A model generated the notes under the pieces. The model ran no database searches. It worked only from the letters and a program-made list of their open reading frames with translations, and was not told the DNA's origin. The position numbers were made by a program, and so were the translations under genes. A stretch of 64,000 nt of DNA from Sphyrna mokarran (lineage: Eukaryota), in NCBI GenBank assembly GCA_024679065.1, contig JAGIQG010000040.1, positions 9,300,001 through 9,364,000 on the forward strand, given 5' to 3'. Shown here one piece after another: positions 46,195 to 58,729 of the stretch; within the stretch, counting starts at the first letter, position 1; each line of letters opens with the position of its first letter.

Positions 46195-46960
46195 TTCAGC
46201 TCCACCTTAAATAGAACATGCAACACAGTAGAGACCCTTCTGCCCTCGATCCAAACTCACGATCAAGCTGTCCCATTCCTATCATTCTGTTGTGCTCCAT
46301 ATGCCTGTTCAATAACCGCTTGAAAGTTCCTAAAGTGTCCGATTCCACTATGACAGCAGACAGTGCATTCCACAGCCCAACCACACTTTGAGTAAAGAAT
46401 CTACATTGGGCATCCCTCCTATATCTCCTACCAGCTACTTTATAGTGATGTCCCCTAATAATAACTACATCGACCCGAAGAAATAGTCCCTGCATGTCCA
46501 CTCCATCTATTCCCGTCATCATCTTATAAACCTCATCATCTTACGTGGCCTCTCATTCTTCTCTGCTCTAAAGAGAAAAATCCCAGCTCTCTCAACCTTT
46601 CCTCATAGGGCCTGCCCTCCAAACCAGGCAGCATCCTGATAAATCTCCTCTGCACTCTCTCCAATGCTTCCACATCCTTGTAATACTGAGGTGACCAGAA
46701 CTGCACGCAATATTCCAAATGTGGCTTCATCAAGGTCCTGTATAGCTGCAGCATAACCCCACTGCTCTTAAACTCAAACTCTCTGTTAATAAACACTAAC
46801 ACACTATAAGCCTTCTTCACTGCTCTATCCACTTGAGTGGCAACCTTCAGATATCTGTGTATATGAAGCCCAAGATTTCTCGATTCCTACAGATCCCTCA
46901 GGATCTTGCCGTTGATCCTGTAAATCCGCATTCAAGTGTGGCCTACCAAAATGAATTGGT
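46195..46960 (-). mobile_element. CR1 LINE 3' fragment
   Basis: ORFs 46536-46832 (KPHLEYCVQFWSP) and 46196-46522. Confidence 0.85.
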
Positions 46961-47559
46961 GCAATGCTCACGTTAAATAATTGAGCTGCTGTATTGTGTC
47001 CTTTTCTGGAATGCACAAACAGACATGATGTGAAGAAGTTGGTGTGAGAAATGGAGGAGAAGTTCTTACAGGAAATGGCAACTGGGATGAGGGAAAGGGA
47101 GAGAGTGATGAGTGAAGAGGGAGTAAGATGTCGACGAATACAGATGAGGTGAATAAGAGACACAATTTAAATCAGAGAGGACCGTATAAGGGTTGACAGG
47201 GTGAGAGATACAGGGATGCGTGGAGAGAAAATTAAAAAAAAAACTGATGGAGTGAGTGAAAGGGAGAGAGGAGGCAAGGGGCAGAGAGACGAGGTGAATG
47301 AAACAGACACCAGATAATGGAGGGAAAGCTGGAGCAGACGCCGGGTAGAGAGAGAGAAAAAAAAGAGAGGAGAGTGGGGCCAATGGAGGGAGAACGATAT
47401 AAGGAGGGGGTGAAACAGGACTATGGAGAGAGAGAAATGCAACAAAAGAGGAGGGACAGGACGATAGAAGTAGAGATGGCATGAAGGAATAGGCACATGG
47501 CGATGGACGGAGAGATTGAGTGAAAGAGGAGGCCTGGGAAAAGGATTTGGTGGATGATG

Positions 47560-48450
47560 GATCTGGGAAAAGGTGTGTAAATAGTTTGAGACATGTTGAG
47601 ATCAAAAACGAGAAGATATTGCGGTTCGTGAGAAACAGTAAGACAGACAAGTTCCGAGAACCTGATTGGATAGCCCAAAAAATACTGAGAGAGGCCAGGG
47701 AAGAAAATGCTGGGGCCTTGAGATAAATGTTTGATTTCTCACTAATTGAAGTAGAGGTCCCAGATGATTGGAGAATAGCCAAAAGGATTCCTTTGTTTAA
47801 GATAGATATCCAGAATAAACCAGCTAATTACAGGCCAGTGATCCTTACATCAGTGAGAGGGGAATTATCAGAGAGAATTCTTGTGACAGGATTCCGTCCA
47901 CTCGGAAATAAATGGACTTATTAACGACAGGCAGCATGGATTTGTGAAGGGGAGACCACACCTCACTAACTTGATCGAGTTTATCGAGGAAGAGGCAAAG
48001 ATGATTAATGGGGATAGGGCAGTGGATGCTGTCTGCATTGACTTCGGTAAGACTTTTGATAAGGTCCATCATGGCAGGTTGCTGCAGAAGGTGAATTCAC
48101 ATGGGATCAGAGGTGAGCTTGCAAGGTGGATATTGACCTGGTTCAATCCTAGAACACATAGGGTAGCAGTTGAAGGATGTGCCTCTAAAAGGCCGTGACA
48201 AGTAGCTTTCCTCAGGGATCAGTGATTTTCATGATATATATATATAAATGATTTGGGGGGAAAACTGGTTTGTTTAGTAAGTTTGCGGATGACACAAAAG
48301 TTTGGTAGATTTATGGATACTGATGAGGACCATCAGTGGATACAGCAGGATATAGATCAATTGGAGGCTTGTGTGGAGAGATGGCAGATGGATTTTAATC
48401 CGGACACATGTGGGGTGATGTAATTTGAAAGGTCGAACAAAAACTGGAAA
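47560..48450 (+). mobile_element. Old CR1 RT fragment
   Basis: PANYRPV, LTNLIEF, DKVHHGRLLQK and FADDTK remnants. Confidence 0.8.
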
Positions 48451-49428
48451 TACACCATTCTCGTCATAATTTGAAAATTTGTAATCAGTGATGTGTTTAC
48501 GTGAAATATGATTGAAGGAGAAATTATTAAGCAGTTAACAAGGTTTTTGATATGACACGTCGACACTACAAACAGAGAATTAAATGGATCTTGAAACCAT
48601 GATAATTAGGAAATGAAACAAATGCTTTACACATATGTGGATATAATAAGATAATTAAATGAACATTTATGGTTAAAAACATATATGCTCATATTTTAAA
48701 TGTATTTTATGCATTGACTGAATTGTTGCTCAATTCAGCCAAAAGCAAGTCACTGCAAGATGTGATGGTAAAGTCGAAGAATTGTGAGCCTATGGTCTGG
48801 GAAGTTTAGTAGTTATTAGAATTAATACCTGAAAGTTTCAGGCGAGGGATACATTTTTCAAATTTATGAATGGGGACATTCAGTGTTTAGATATAGAAAA
48901 GATACTTACCGGGACTCAGGGTAATGTGCCTATCCAGTTTTAGCAATGAACCAGCGGGAATTTTCATTTTGACCTCTCTATCAACGTCCTTAGCTACACG
49001 GCAACAGGGAAGTGAGTTCAGCCAAGATGGAATCAGCATCCAAATTAAATGGGCGAATGCGATATCATTATGTATTCAACTAAAATGCGATCGAAACTTA
49101 TCACGAATTATTATTGCTGTATGTTTATTGAATGTAATTGATTTTAATCTAATATGAAGTGGGAATGATCGTAAGAAAATCTGTAATTGATCTGTTATTG
49201 ATTGCACATGTTAGATTCATTGGAAAGTTTCTACTGCTCTGTTCCAGGGCTACTTCATCTTTTGGTGATCTCCGAACAGCTGTGAGTTTTGTTTTTGTTT
49301 TCAACAAGTGTTGCATCCTTACATATCTGTCTCGTGAATTTTATATTCGCTGCAGTTAAAGACAGTATTGGTCATCACAAATTATTCCACAACACTTAGT
49401 TAAAATTTGGAAAATTGGAATCAACGAT

Positions 49429-49436
49429 ATGCAAAT
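49429..49436. promoter_or_regulatory. Consensus octamer 3' of IgM TM2 (candidate 3' enhancer element)
   Basis: ATGCAAAT in unique sequence ~1 kb downstream of TM2; E-box CAGCTG at ~49277. Function not shown. Confidence 0.35.
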
Positions 49437-50411
49437 GTGAAATACACCTCAGTCTCTTGGTGTTACCTCATATTCAGCATCTCTGCTCTACATGTGTCTC
49501 GTTTGTAGTTTATCTGCCTTGGAAGTATTTAATCGGAAGATATATGGAGAGATTCACTCTGTCAACCCACACTGCAGCCACACTGGCAGTGTTTTTAAGG
49601 GAGAGTGTAAAGTGAACTATCTTCTGTCTACAATGTCCTGCATCGGCCTCTAATGAAGCAGAACCTTTGTTGTTTAGAATTACCTGAAACTCCGTCAAGG
49701 ACAGACTAGTTTATGAATGAAATCACTGAGGTGTCCTCATTCTTCATTCATTCTGTCTGTGGATTTTATCATAAAAAGGTAGAGATTAAGTTGTATTTAC
49801 GCAGATTGGTCACTGAGGGACGCAGTGATTCTTTCACGAAAGGGCCCACAAATCCCACACATGACTGGGGGACATGCCAGTCTGGGAAAGAGGGGAAACC
49901 CTATTATAGGGAAAATTGAATAGAGTGGATAGGTTTTGGAGATCGGAATTAAACCAAGCCAGAGATAATTAAATTTCTATTCAAAATTTATTTAAAAATT
50001 CAGAGAACATTTTACAGTGAAATTATTTTTTAAGTTAGAAAAGCGATCATAGCAATCGAGCTTCACATTGAGAACAGAGAATCCGTCAATATTTATACAT
50101 CTGTTATGTACACCAGAAAGTGAAAACAGGACCTTAGTAGAAAGAGGAATGAACAAATGTGAATAATGAATGAGAAAACAATTCGTTTCCATACATGAAA
50201 TTTAAACTACAGAGAAACTATTAATCACAATTATATTTTAACAAAAAAAGGTTTCGTGTTTTCCACACCGGAAACTGAAATAACGTCTATGATTGCCTCA
50301 GTTACAGATTCAGCATGATAAACTGAGAGAATAGAATAACCGAGAGCAGATGTTGCATTTAAGTCAGAGAGAGTTCTTGATAATCAGCCCAGAGTCAAAA
50401 AATTCAACACA

Positions 50412-50420
50412 TCACTTGAT
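50412..50420 (-). CDS. IGHM: IgM heavy chain TM2 exon (IK-stop)
   Basis: Acceptor tctttcttttacag|ATC AAG TGA; candidate poly(A) AATAAA at 49987-49992. Confidence 0.8.
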   Translation of the reverse strand: MK

Positions 50421-50560
50421 CTGTAAAAGAAAGATACAATAATGAAACAGATGTTTCTGATGCCGGAGATTAATGTTAGAGATTTTAATCAGTGAAATAT
50501 GGAGAGATTTTTCAAATCCATTCTGCCAGTTTGAAATGTGAGTGAATTGAATCATCTCAC

Positions 50561-50688
50561 CTTCACCAGAGTGACTGCAGTGCTGTAGAAAATGCTCAGG
50601 AAGAACAGGATGATGAATGTGGAGGCTGTTGTCCAGATGTTCCTGTTATCATCCTCATTGCCTTCAATCCAAATGCGATCGGTGGTGT
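50561..50688 (-). CDS. IGHM: IgM heavy chain TM1 exon
   Basis: cccctag|AC..; [43 protein letters not shown] (CART motif) |GTGAGA; phase matches the CH4 internal donor at 54218. Confidence 0.92.
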
Positions 50689-51199
50689 CTAGGGGATGGA
50701 GACCAGGAAATGAAATTAGATTACTTTATTTATCCAGATAATCTTATTGTTATTTTTTCTTTCCCCGTCCTTCTTCATAAGCTGTTAATTTATTCTCTTG
50801 TATAATTTCAATATATATCTAATGTTAAATTCAGAACACTCAGTAACTGATCGCCGTAATTATTTTCAACTTGATCTTTATGCACATTCATTGGACGGTC
50901 CATGTCAGAAAGCACTGAAGATGCTTTCTTGAGTGTTAGTTCATTTTTGATCAATTTGGCACTATCCCTCATTGAAGAATGTTATGACTGATATCGAAGA
51001 ACATTCACTGATCAATGATTGTTTTCACAGATGGTGAATGCTGCTGTTTAAGAGCTGGGATGTAATTTCTGATCTTTTCTTATTTGTGGTGGTAATAGTT
51101 CGAAGATCACTAGCTTATTTTAGTTTTTCCACATATTTTTGTTGCAATGTACGTTGGGCAAGTTATCGGTAGATATTTCCATTAAAATTCATGTTTGCA

Positions 51200-52491
51200 T
51201 TTTATTTTCATCGTTTATCTACTATTTGTATTTAAGATTTTCCATTTGTGTGTGCGCATGATCATCTCGTGTTCTGCATTAATCTTTGGCTCTGAGTACA
51301 AGAGCATTAATGTACGCGTTCATTTGCCTGTGTTTGTTGATTTGTCCAGCTGTGTGTCTGCATCGATGTGTATATTTTATTCTTCTGTTAGTGTGTATGT
51401 AATGGCTCTATTATTGTGTTACGTTTATGTATATGTATTAATGCTACTCTTAACGGGTGCACATATATTTATGCCCATTGCTATGCGTTAATTTCTGTCC
51501 TTCCAGTAACGTTGGTTTCTCTTTCTGTCTGCGTCTGTCTCACCATGTATCTTTGTGTGTACCTGTTAACATGTATTTTTATAACGTGTTGATAGTTCTT
51601 TACAATCTCTTGATGTTATTGTTTCGATATGTCGTAATATGTGCTATGCTGTTATGTGCGGTATGAGCATGAGAATGTTTGTGTGCAATTGCTTTGCTGT
51701 CAGTTCATCTATATGCAGTCTGCTTATTTGTTTATTTGCATTTCCATATATGTTTGTTAATGTGTGTAACATTGTATGCCTCTATATCCATATTCCTATC
51801 AGCGTGAATGTATGCTACTTATTTTGAGTGTATGTGTGTGTTTGCGAATTTAGGTGGGTCTGCATGCATGTGTATCTGTCAGTGTCGTGTCTATGCCATG
51901 TATGTGTTTGTGCTTGGGTCTGTGTACCGACTCACATAAGTGTATGTGCATGTGTGATTTATGTGTATATGTGTTTGCGTGTTTGTACATATTTGATTGT
52001 GCGTGAATATTCGATTAGTGCCTGTTTCTACAAGCGCGAGTCTATATATTCCTGGGTGTGTGTGTGTGTGGAAAGAGAGAGAGAGAGAGAGAATATGTGT
52101 GTCTGCGTGCCGATGTTTATTTTTGTGTGGGTGTATTTGTGTCTATTTGTGTTATTGTGTGTTCTTATTCATGTATGTGTTGTCCATGAGAGCATTTGTG
52201 TGCGCATTCATATTTCTCTGCATTTGTGTTCGTTTTTGCAAGTATTGCATACATTTGTATTGTGTGAAATTGTATCGTTGTGTATGTACGCATCTGTGTG
52301 GTTTTGTGCATGTGTACGTGTTGTGCATTTGTATGTTTATGTGCATGTACTTGAATGCACCTTTTCGTATTTCTGTACGCAGTTTTGTGTGTGCTTATTT
52401 AAATGTGTCTTTCTGTATTTGTGTTCCTATTTGTGAGTATGTGTACTTGTGCATGGATTTATGCATTTGTGTCGATGTGTGTGTGTATACG
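51200..52491. repeat. TG-rich low-complexity tract ending at the assembly gap
   Basis: Degenerate (TG)n. Confidence 0.85.
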
Positions 52492-52638
52492 NNNNNNNNN
52501 NNNNNNNNNNNNNNNNNNNNNNNNNNNNNNNNNNNNNNNNNNNNNNNNNNNNNNNNNNNNNNNNNNNNNNNNNNNNNNNNNNNNNNNNNNNNNNNNNNNN
52601 NNNNNNNNNNNNNNNNNNNNNNNNNNNNNNNNNNNNNN
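52492..52638. other. Assembly gap (147 N) in the CH4-TM1 intron
   Basis: Run of N. Confidence 1.
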
Positions 52639-52747
52639 TTATAATGGTGGCAGTTTTGTGCAGTATTGTCAGCGTGTGGATTTTCTAACAGTTGCTTCAA
52701 TTTTCACCGGCAATCATTAACTTAATATCATCCAGTCAATACGAATA

Positions 52748-53131
52748 ATAGAACATAGAACATAGAACATTACAGCGCAAAACAGGCCCTTCGGCCTTCG
52801 ATGTTGCGCCGACCAATTCTAAAAAAAAAAGCAATGACCCTCCAAACTAAACCATTCCCTCCTCTTCCATAAACTTATCAACTAACCTCTTAAACGCCAC
52901 CAAACTTGGCGCATATACAACTGCCGGTGGCAGGGCATTCCACTCCCGAACCAACCTCTGGGTAAAGAACCTACCTCTGATATCTGTCCTATAACTATCA
53001 CCCTTTAATTTAAAGCTATGTCCCCTCGTGCTAGCTTTCTCCATCCTAGGAAAAAGACTATCACTGTCCACCCTATCTAAACCCCTTATATGTTTAAACA
53101 TCTTATATGTCTAAACATCTTATGTGTTTCA
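52748..53131 (-). mobile_element. Young CR1 LINE, 5' truncated
   Basis: Antisense tail (atagaac)n; ORF RGLDRVDSDSLFPRMEKASTRGHSFKL. Confidence 0.9.
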
Positions 53132-54115
53132 ATACGGTTATGGAGCACATTTTCAATGTGTTGGTGTATAAATTTATTTTGTGTTAGTAACAAGATGATA
53201 TCAGGAGATAGAATAAAATAATTCATTGATGCATCTCAGAAATCTTATTGACAGAACACTGAAAACCGTGGAGGATTCTATTTAAATTTATTTAAATAGA
53301 TTTACTATTTAAATTTGTATTATGGGAAATCAATCCCAGCACATGGAAAAAAAAAGTTGGAACATGTTTCAATTGAGTTGCATAAGTATATATGTATTAC
53401 AATGATGAAGATAATGATATTTAAATATCTGCAGTGAGTAAACTAAAAGCTTATTTGTATTGCTGGATCTTTATAATAGAGAGCCGTTCCCTTCCAAACA
53501 CGCTACTTGGGGAGAGGGAAGAAAGTGAGCTCAGTGTTTACCTGTCTCTATCCGGTAATGCAATGTCTCTGATGGTTCTAACCACTGAGGAGATGGAGGT
53601 GCAGTGGATTAACTAATGGCAATCCTCCTCTTTTCATTGAAGAAATTGTGGTACATGGGGGTTAGCTAGTGCTCCTCTCCTCTCTTTGTTGGGTGAGTGG
53701 GAATCCAGTATGTTAACAATTTCACTCTCCCTTTTTCTGATGGGAGAATTGTTCGTCCATGTTGCTGTGTGACAATCACTTCAGTTCCCATTAGGTGTGG
53801 TGTAGCAGCAGAAAACTGTCATCAATGGATAATGGAAGCAGGGACTCAAGAAATATACATGTTGTGTTTGTCACGAATGTTGAAATTGTCGGATTTTTCA
53901 ATAGCGGGAGTAAATTCAGCGAAGTTACTTTGCCGAATCCTGCATGAATGTGCTCTGATGCAGGGTATATCTGTGCTAGGTGCAATAGTTCAACAAGATT
54001 TGGGCCCGAAACCCTAAAATATCTGACCCAAAACAAAGATATATAATGGAAATAAAACTGAAAGAAAAACAATTAAACAAATGGGTATTTCATTTATCGT
54101 TAACGGGGAAATGAT

Positions 54116-54128
54116 TTTATTTTTTATT
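54116..54128 (-). terminator. Tandem AATAAA poly(A) signals for secreted IgM
   Basis: TTTATT at 54116-54121 and 54123-54128, ~28 nt past the secretory stop. Confidence 0.75.
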
Positions 54129-54155
54129 GAAGTTTTTGATGTAAGTGAGTGATTC

Positions 54156-54547
54156 TCATTGACATGAATTAACGGTGTCCATGAATGCAAGCGAAATGTT
54201 CACAAAACTGGGTTTACCGCTGGATTTGTCAACTGTTCTGTTGATGATTTTCCAGGGGATGGCTTCATGTCCCACCACACAGGAGTAAGAAGCGCCGCTG
54301 GACCATTCCTCTGCTGCAATGGATAACAGGCTGTACATGAAGAAGGAGTTATTGCCGTTCTCCGCCATCACCTCGGTGTTCCTGTAGTTCCCGGGATTCA
54401 CCGGCTTGTCGTTGACAGTCCACTTGACGAAGATCTCTCGCGGGGAGAAACCTCTCACTAAGCAGCTGAGGGAGACGAATCTCTGAGCGGAGACTTCTTC
54501 TGCCGAGGGCAGGAGGACAGAGACGAACGGTTCACGTGGATTTGGAT
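54156..54547 (-). CDS. IGHM: IgM heavy chain CH4 plus secretory tailpiece
   Basis: ttttctgcag|AT; [43 protein letters not shown]...YSCVVGHEA...[24 protein letters not shown]; N-glycan site and penultimate Cys; internal donor G|GTAAA at 54218. Confidence 0.96.
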
Positions 54548-55053
54548 CTGCAGAAAATGTACAATAAATGTCAATAAACTGGAGAATTTATGAGACGATG
54601 AAACTGCTGGCTGGATATCAGAAAAAAATGTGCTTCACTTTCGATTTTACTTTTCCATCTTTGACGTTCAGCTTGGAGGAGAGGTGAACACAATCGTTTC
54701 CTCAAATTACTCAGGGGGTTGGAGTGGAAAGTTTCAGAAAGCTTACACACAAAATAAGTGTTCGACCCAAAAGATCTGTTCTTTTTATCTTTTAGTTTTC
54801 TGGTTTTTATGCTCCACATCAGGCTCCTGCCTCCTTGTTCAATCTCAAACCAGTAACATCACCTTCAGTTCACTTGTCATTCATTAACTCATCAAATTTT
54901 CCCGTTAAAATATCTAAAGATCCAGAGTCCTTTAGTTCGTAGAATTACCATTCAGAGGAGACCATTAATGCACTGAATACTAAACATTAACAAGTGCACT
55001 TAAACTGGAGAGAGACACTGTGACACATTTATTGTTTCAATCTCGCAGCTCAC

Positions 55054-55362
55054 CTGTTTCCTTGTGGATGGATTTTCTTAAAGGAGTCGGCAGATCCTGA
55101 TGGCTCACCACGCACTCAAACACAGCCCCACTCAGCCAGGCTTGTGTCGAGATGTTTAATTTGCTGATCATGCTGTCAGGATCCGTTCCTGGCTTTTCGG
55201 CAATCTCTGATTTCAGATACTTCCTATCTCTGATCCAGGACATGTTAACTCCATAAGGAGCATTGGAAATGATGCAGGTTAAAGTCACGGTCGCCTCCAG
55301 TAAGACCTGCTCTATTGGTGGTGGCTGTATCGTCACTGTGGAATCATGGCACTGGGGAGGAT
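55054..55362 (-). CDS. IGHM: IgM heavy chain CH3
   Basis: ttcacag|AT...G|GTGAGC, 309 nt, phase 1; [21 protein letters not shown] Ig C1-set motif. Confidence 0.95.
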
Positions 55363-55829
55363 CTGTGAATGACAAATGAAAATCAACCCAAGTTCCCTCT
55401 TCCGAAGCATGTCTGTATCTGGCCTGGAATGCATATGACTCCAGATCCACAGAAACGTCTGTGCCCTCAGGGATAAGAAACAAATGCACATTCCATGAAG
55501 GAATAGCAAAAACTACTGTTGTAATGTAATTTTGAATGGAGCACTGTCCTAATGCAGCAAACCATATGGCAGTAAATTAGAAGTTCTTCTGTGCTTTGTA
55601 CTAATTTCAATAGATCATAATTTCAATTAAGATCGGAATGATACATTTTATTTTACACTTCACATCAGTATTCATAGGGAAGAGTGACACATAGAACATG
55701 CTACAGCACAAACAGGCCCTTCGGCCCACAAGTTGTGCCGACCATATCTCAACCAACTAGGCTATAGAACATAGAAAACTACAGCACAAACAGGCGATTG
55801 CTAGTGTCTCGGAGGGATGTGTAGACCTG

Positions 55830-57435
55830 TTAGAACAAATCACAATTATAAGAGAGAAAGTGTTAGATGTTTTAGGAATCGTTAACATAGACAAATCTAC
55901 AGGGCAAGACAGCATTTGTCTTAGATTACTGAGGGAGACAAGAGATGAAATTGCTGGGCTTCTAACAGAAATATTTGATTCTTCATTGAACACAGGTGGG
56001 ATCCCAGGGGATTGGAAGATAGCAAATGTGGTCCCATTATTTAAGAAGGATAGCAAGGATAATTCAGGTAATTATACGCTGGTGAGTTTGATGTCTACGA
56101 TAGAGAAATTTTGGAGGAGATTCTTAGGGATAGGATCTATACGTATTTAGAACTGAATAATGTCATTAGTGATACACAACATGATGTTGTACGAGGGAGG
56201 CCATGCCTCACAAATTTGTAGAGTTTTTTGAGGAGATGACAAAAAAGATTGAAGAGGGAAGGGCCATGTATATCGACTACATGATTTGAAGCAAATAATT
56301 GGATAAGGTTCCTCATTCCTGGTGCAAAAGATTGAATCTCACGGGATCAAAGCTGAACGAACAAGATGGATACAGAACTGGTTTGGCCATAAACCCAGAG
56401 GGTAGCAGTGGAGGTATCATTTTCTGGTTGAAGTTTGGTGATTAGCGTTGTTGTACAGGGCTCTGTACTGAGGCTTCTGCTGTTTGTGATACGATTTAGA
56501 AGAAGATGTAGCTGTTCTGATTTGTAAGTTTGGATGACACAAAGATTGCTGGAGTTGTGGATAGTGATAAACATTGTCAGAGATAGACATATCTTTGAAA
56601 TGTTCATCACTATCCGCATCATATGCAGAATATAGATATGCTGGAAAATTGGGCGGAGAAGTGGCAGATGGAATTTAATCCAGAAGAATGAGAAGTAGTG
56701 TACTTTTGCAGATTTAATGAAGGGGAGCTATACAATAAATGGCAGAACCATCAGGAGTAAAGGGACGCAGAGGGATCTGAGTGTGCAAACTCGCAGATCC
56801 TTAAAGGTGGCAACACAGCTGGAAAAGGCAGTGAAGAAGGCATATGGCATGCTTGTCTTATTGGATGGGACATAAAGTATAAAAGTAAGCATACAATGTT
56901 GCAATATATAGAACATTTGGAATACTGCGTCCCGTTCTGGTCGGCACATGAACAGAAAGTCGTGGAAGCTTCGGAGAGAGTTCAGAAAAGGTTATCCAGG
57001 ATGTTGCCTGGTATGTAGGGCCTTTGTTATGAGGTGAGATTCAGTAAGTTAGGTTGTTCTCCCTGGAAAAAGGGATGTTGAAGGGTGACATAGTAGAAGT
57101 TTATAAAATTATGAAGAACATAGATAGGGTGAACAGTTGAAAGCTTTTTCCCCAGATGGAAATGACAGACACAAGGGGTCACAAGTTCAAGGTAAGGGGG
57201 GGGCGTGGTTCGATACAAATATACATATTTTACACAGAGGGTGAAGGGGCCTGGAATGCATTACCATGAAAAGTGGTTGAGGCAGACACGCTAGGATTAT
57301 TTAAGACTTATCCAAGACTTAGGGATAGCCACATGAACAGACTAGAGATCGAGGGATACAAACAGATAGTCTAGTTAGGAACACATGATGTGTGCAGGCT
57401 CGGAGGGCTGAAGGGCCTGCTCCTGTGCTGTATTG
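55830..57435 (+). mobile_element. Old CR1 LINE in the CH2-CH3 intron
   Basis: IDKSTGQDSI, DWKIANVVPLFKK and AYGML remnants with a CR1-type tail. Confidence 0.8.
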
Positions 57436-57476
57436 TTATTTGTTCTTTGCTTTTTTTCTAGGATTGAGTCTCTTAC

Positions 57477-57782
57477 CCTGAGACCCGCTGATGTTCTGAC
57501 TCTGAGTGAGTTCTTGATGAGTGACCTGGCAGGTATAGACCGCTTTGCTGAACCATTCCCGAGCGGAGACTGTCAGCCGACTGCTGGCCGAGAAGTTTCC
57601 GTTCACTTGACAGGCGGGAGTGGTGACAATTCCTGAATCCATGGGTTGTCCATTCTTCAGCCACTTCACCGTCATTGAATTTGGCTGGAAATCAATGATT
57701 GAACAGACGATAGTTGCGAATTTCCTGCTTGTGACTTCTTCACTGGAACTCGCGGTGAGGATAACGGTTGGGGGGATGTCAC
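57477..57782 (-). CDS. IGHM: IgM heavy chain CH2
   Basis: ttgaag|GT...G|GTAAGA, 306 nt; [26 protein letters not shown]. Confidence 0.95.
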
Positions 57783-57889
57783 CTTCAACAAACACATGTT
57801 CAGACATTACTTGAAGATTTAGTTGACAATAATTAAAATTAGTTACTTTAATTTTCGCACCAGAGCTGCAGATTTGAGAATTGTATACA

Positions 57890-58610
57890 TGGTTTGGTTG
57901 AATTGGCAGGGAAATGACGAATGGAATTCACCATCAAAAGTGCCATGCAATGCATTTGGGGAGGGCAAATAAAGCAAGAGAATAGTCAACATAATGGGAG
58001 GTTGTGAGGGATTGAGGAAATAAAAACCTTGGAGTGCGTGCCCACAGGTCCTTGTAGATGGTAAAGTAGCTGGACAAGTTGATCAAGAAAATATTTAGGA
58101 TTAATTCCTCTAATATGTGAGGTATTGAATACAAAATCAATGATGCAATGATTGAGCGTATAAAACGCTAGTTCGGCCACGTTTGGAGTGTGTTGCGCTG
58201 TTCTGACCATCATGTTGCAGGAATGACGTAATGACTCTAAAGAGAGATGAGGTTTACAGGAATGTTGGATGGGCCTGAAAATTGCAGCCATGAGGCCAGT
58301 TTGGATAGGCAGGGTTTGTTAGAAAAAGAGGCGGCTGAGGCGTGATGTAATTGTGGTTCACAAATTTATAAGGAACGTAGGCAGAAATAATTCATTCCCC
58401 AAATGCAAGGCTCAATTTCCAGAGAACACGGTCATTTCAAAGATATCTGGATTTGCGTCTCAAGTACTTTAACATGTAAGACTACGAAGCAAGGGCGGCT
58501 GGAAAGTGGGCTTAAAATGCATGGCTAATTTATTTGTTCTCACTTGTGGCCAAAACAGATATGATTGGCTAAATAGCCTCTTTCTGCACTGTAACATTTC
58601 GATGCTTCTC
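57890..58610 (+). mobile_element. Old CR1 fragment in the CH1-CH2 intron
   Basis: Degenerate YKTLVRPRLECVA and KRRLRRDVI codons. Confidence 0.6.
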
Positions 58611-58729
58611 TGGTTCTGAGCAATTTTTCAGTCAGTAGACATTTACCTGTATTTTGCACTTTTTTTTAGGAGTGTTACAAATCAGTTACATCGCAGCGTG
58701 TCTCTCTACGCAGGTTTCACAACACTTAC

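Noticed and set aside
51195-52720. Cys/Val-rich or His/Thr-rich ORFs
   Set aside because: Artefacts of TG-rich low-complexity DNA and the N gap.
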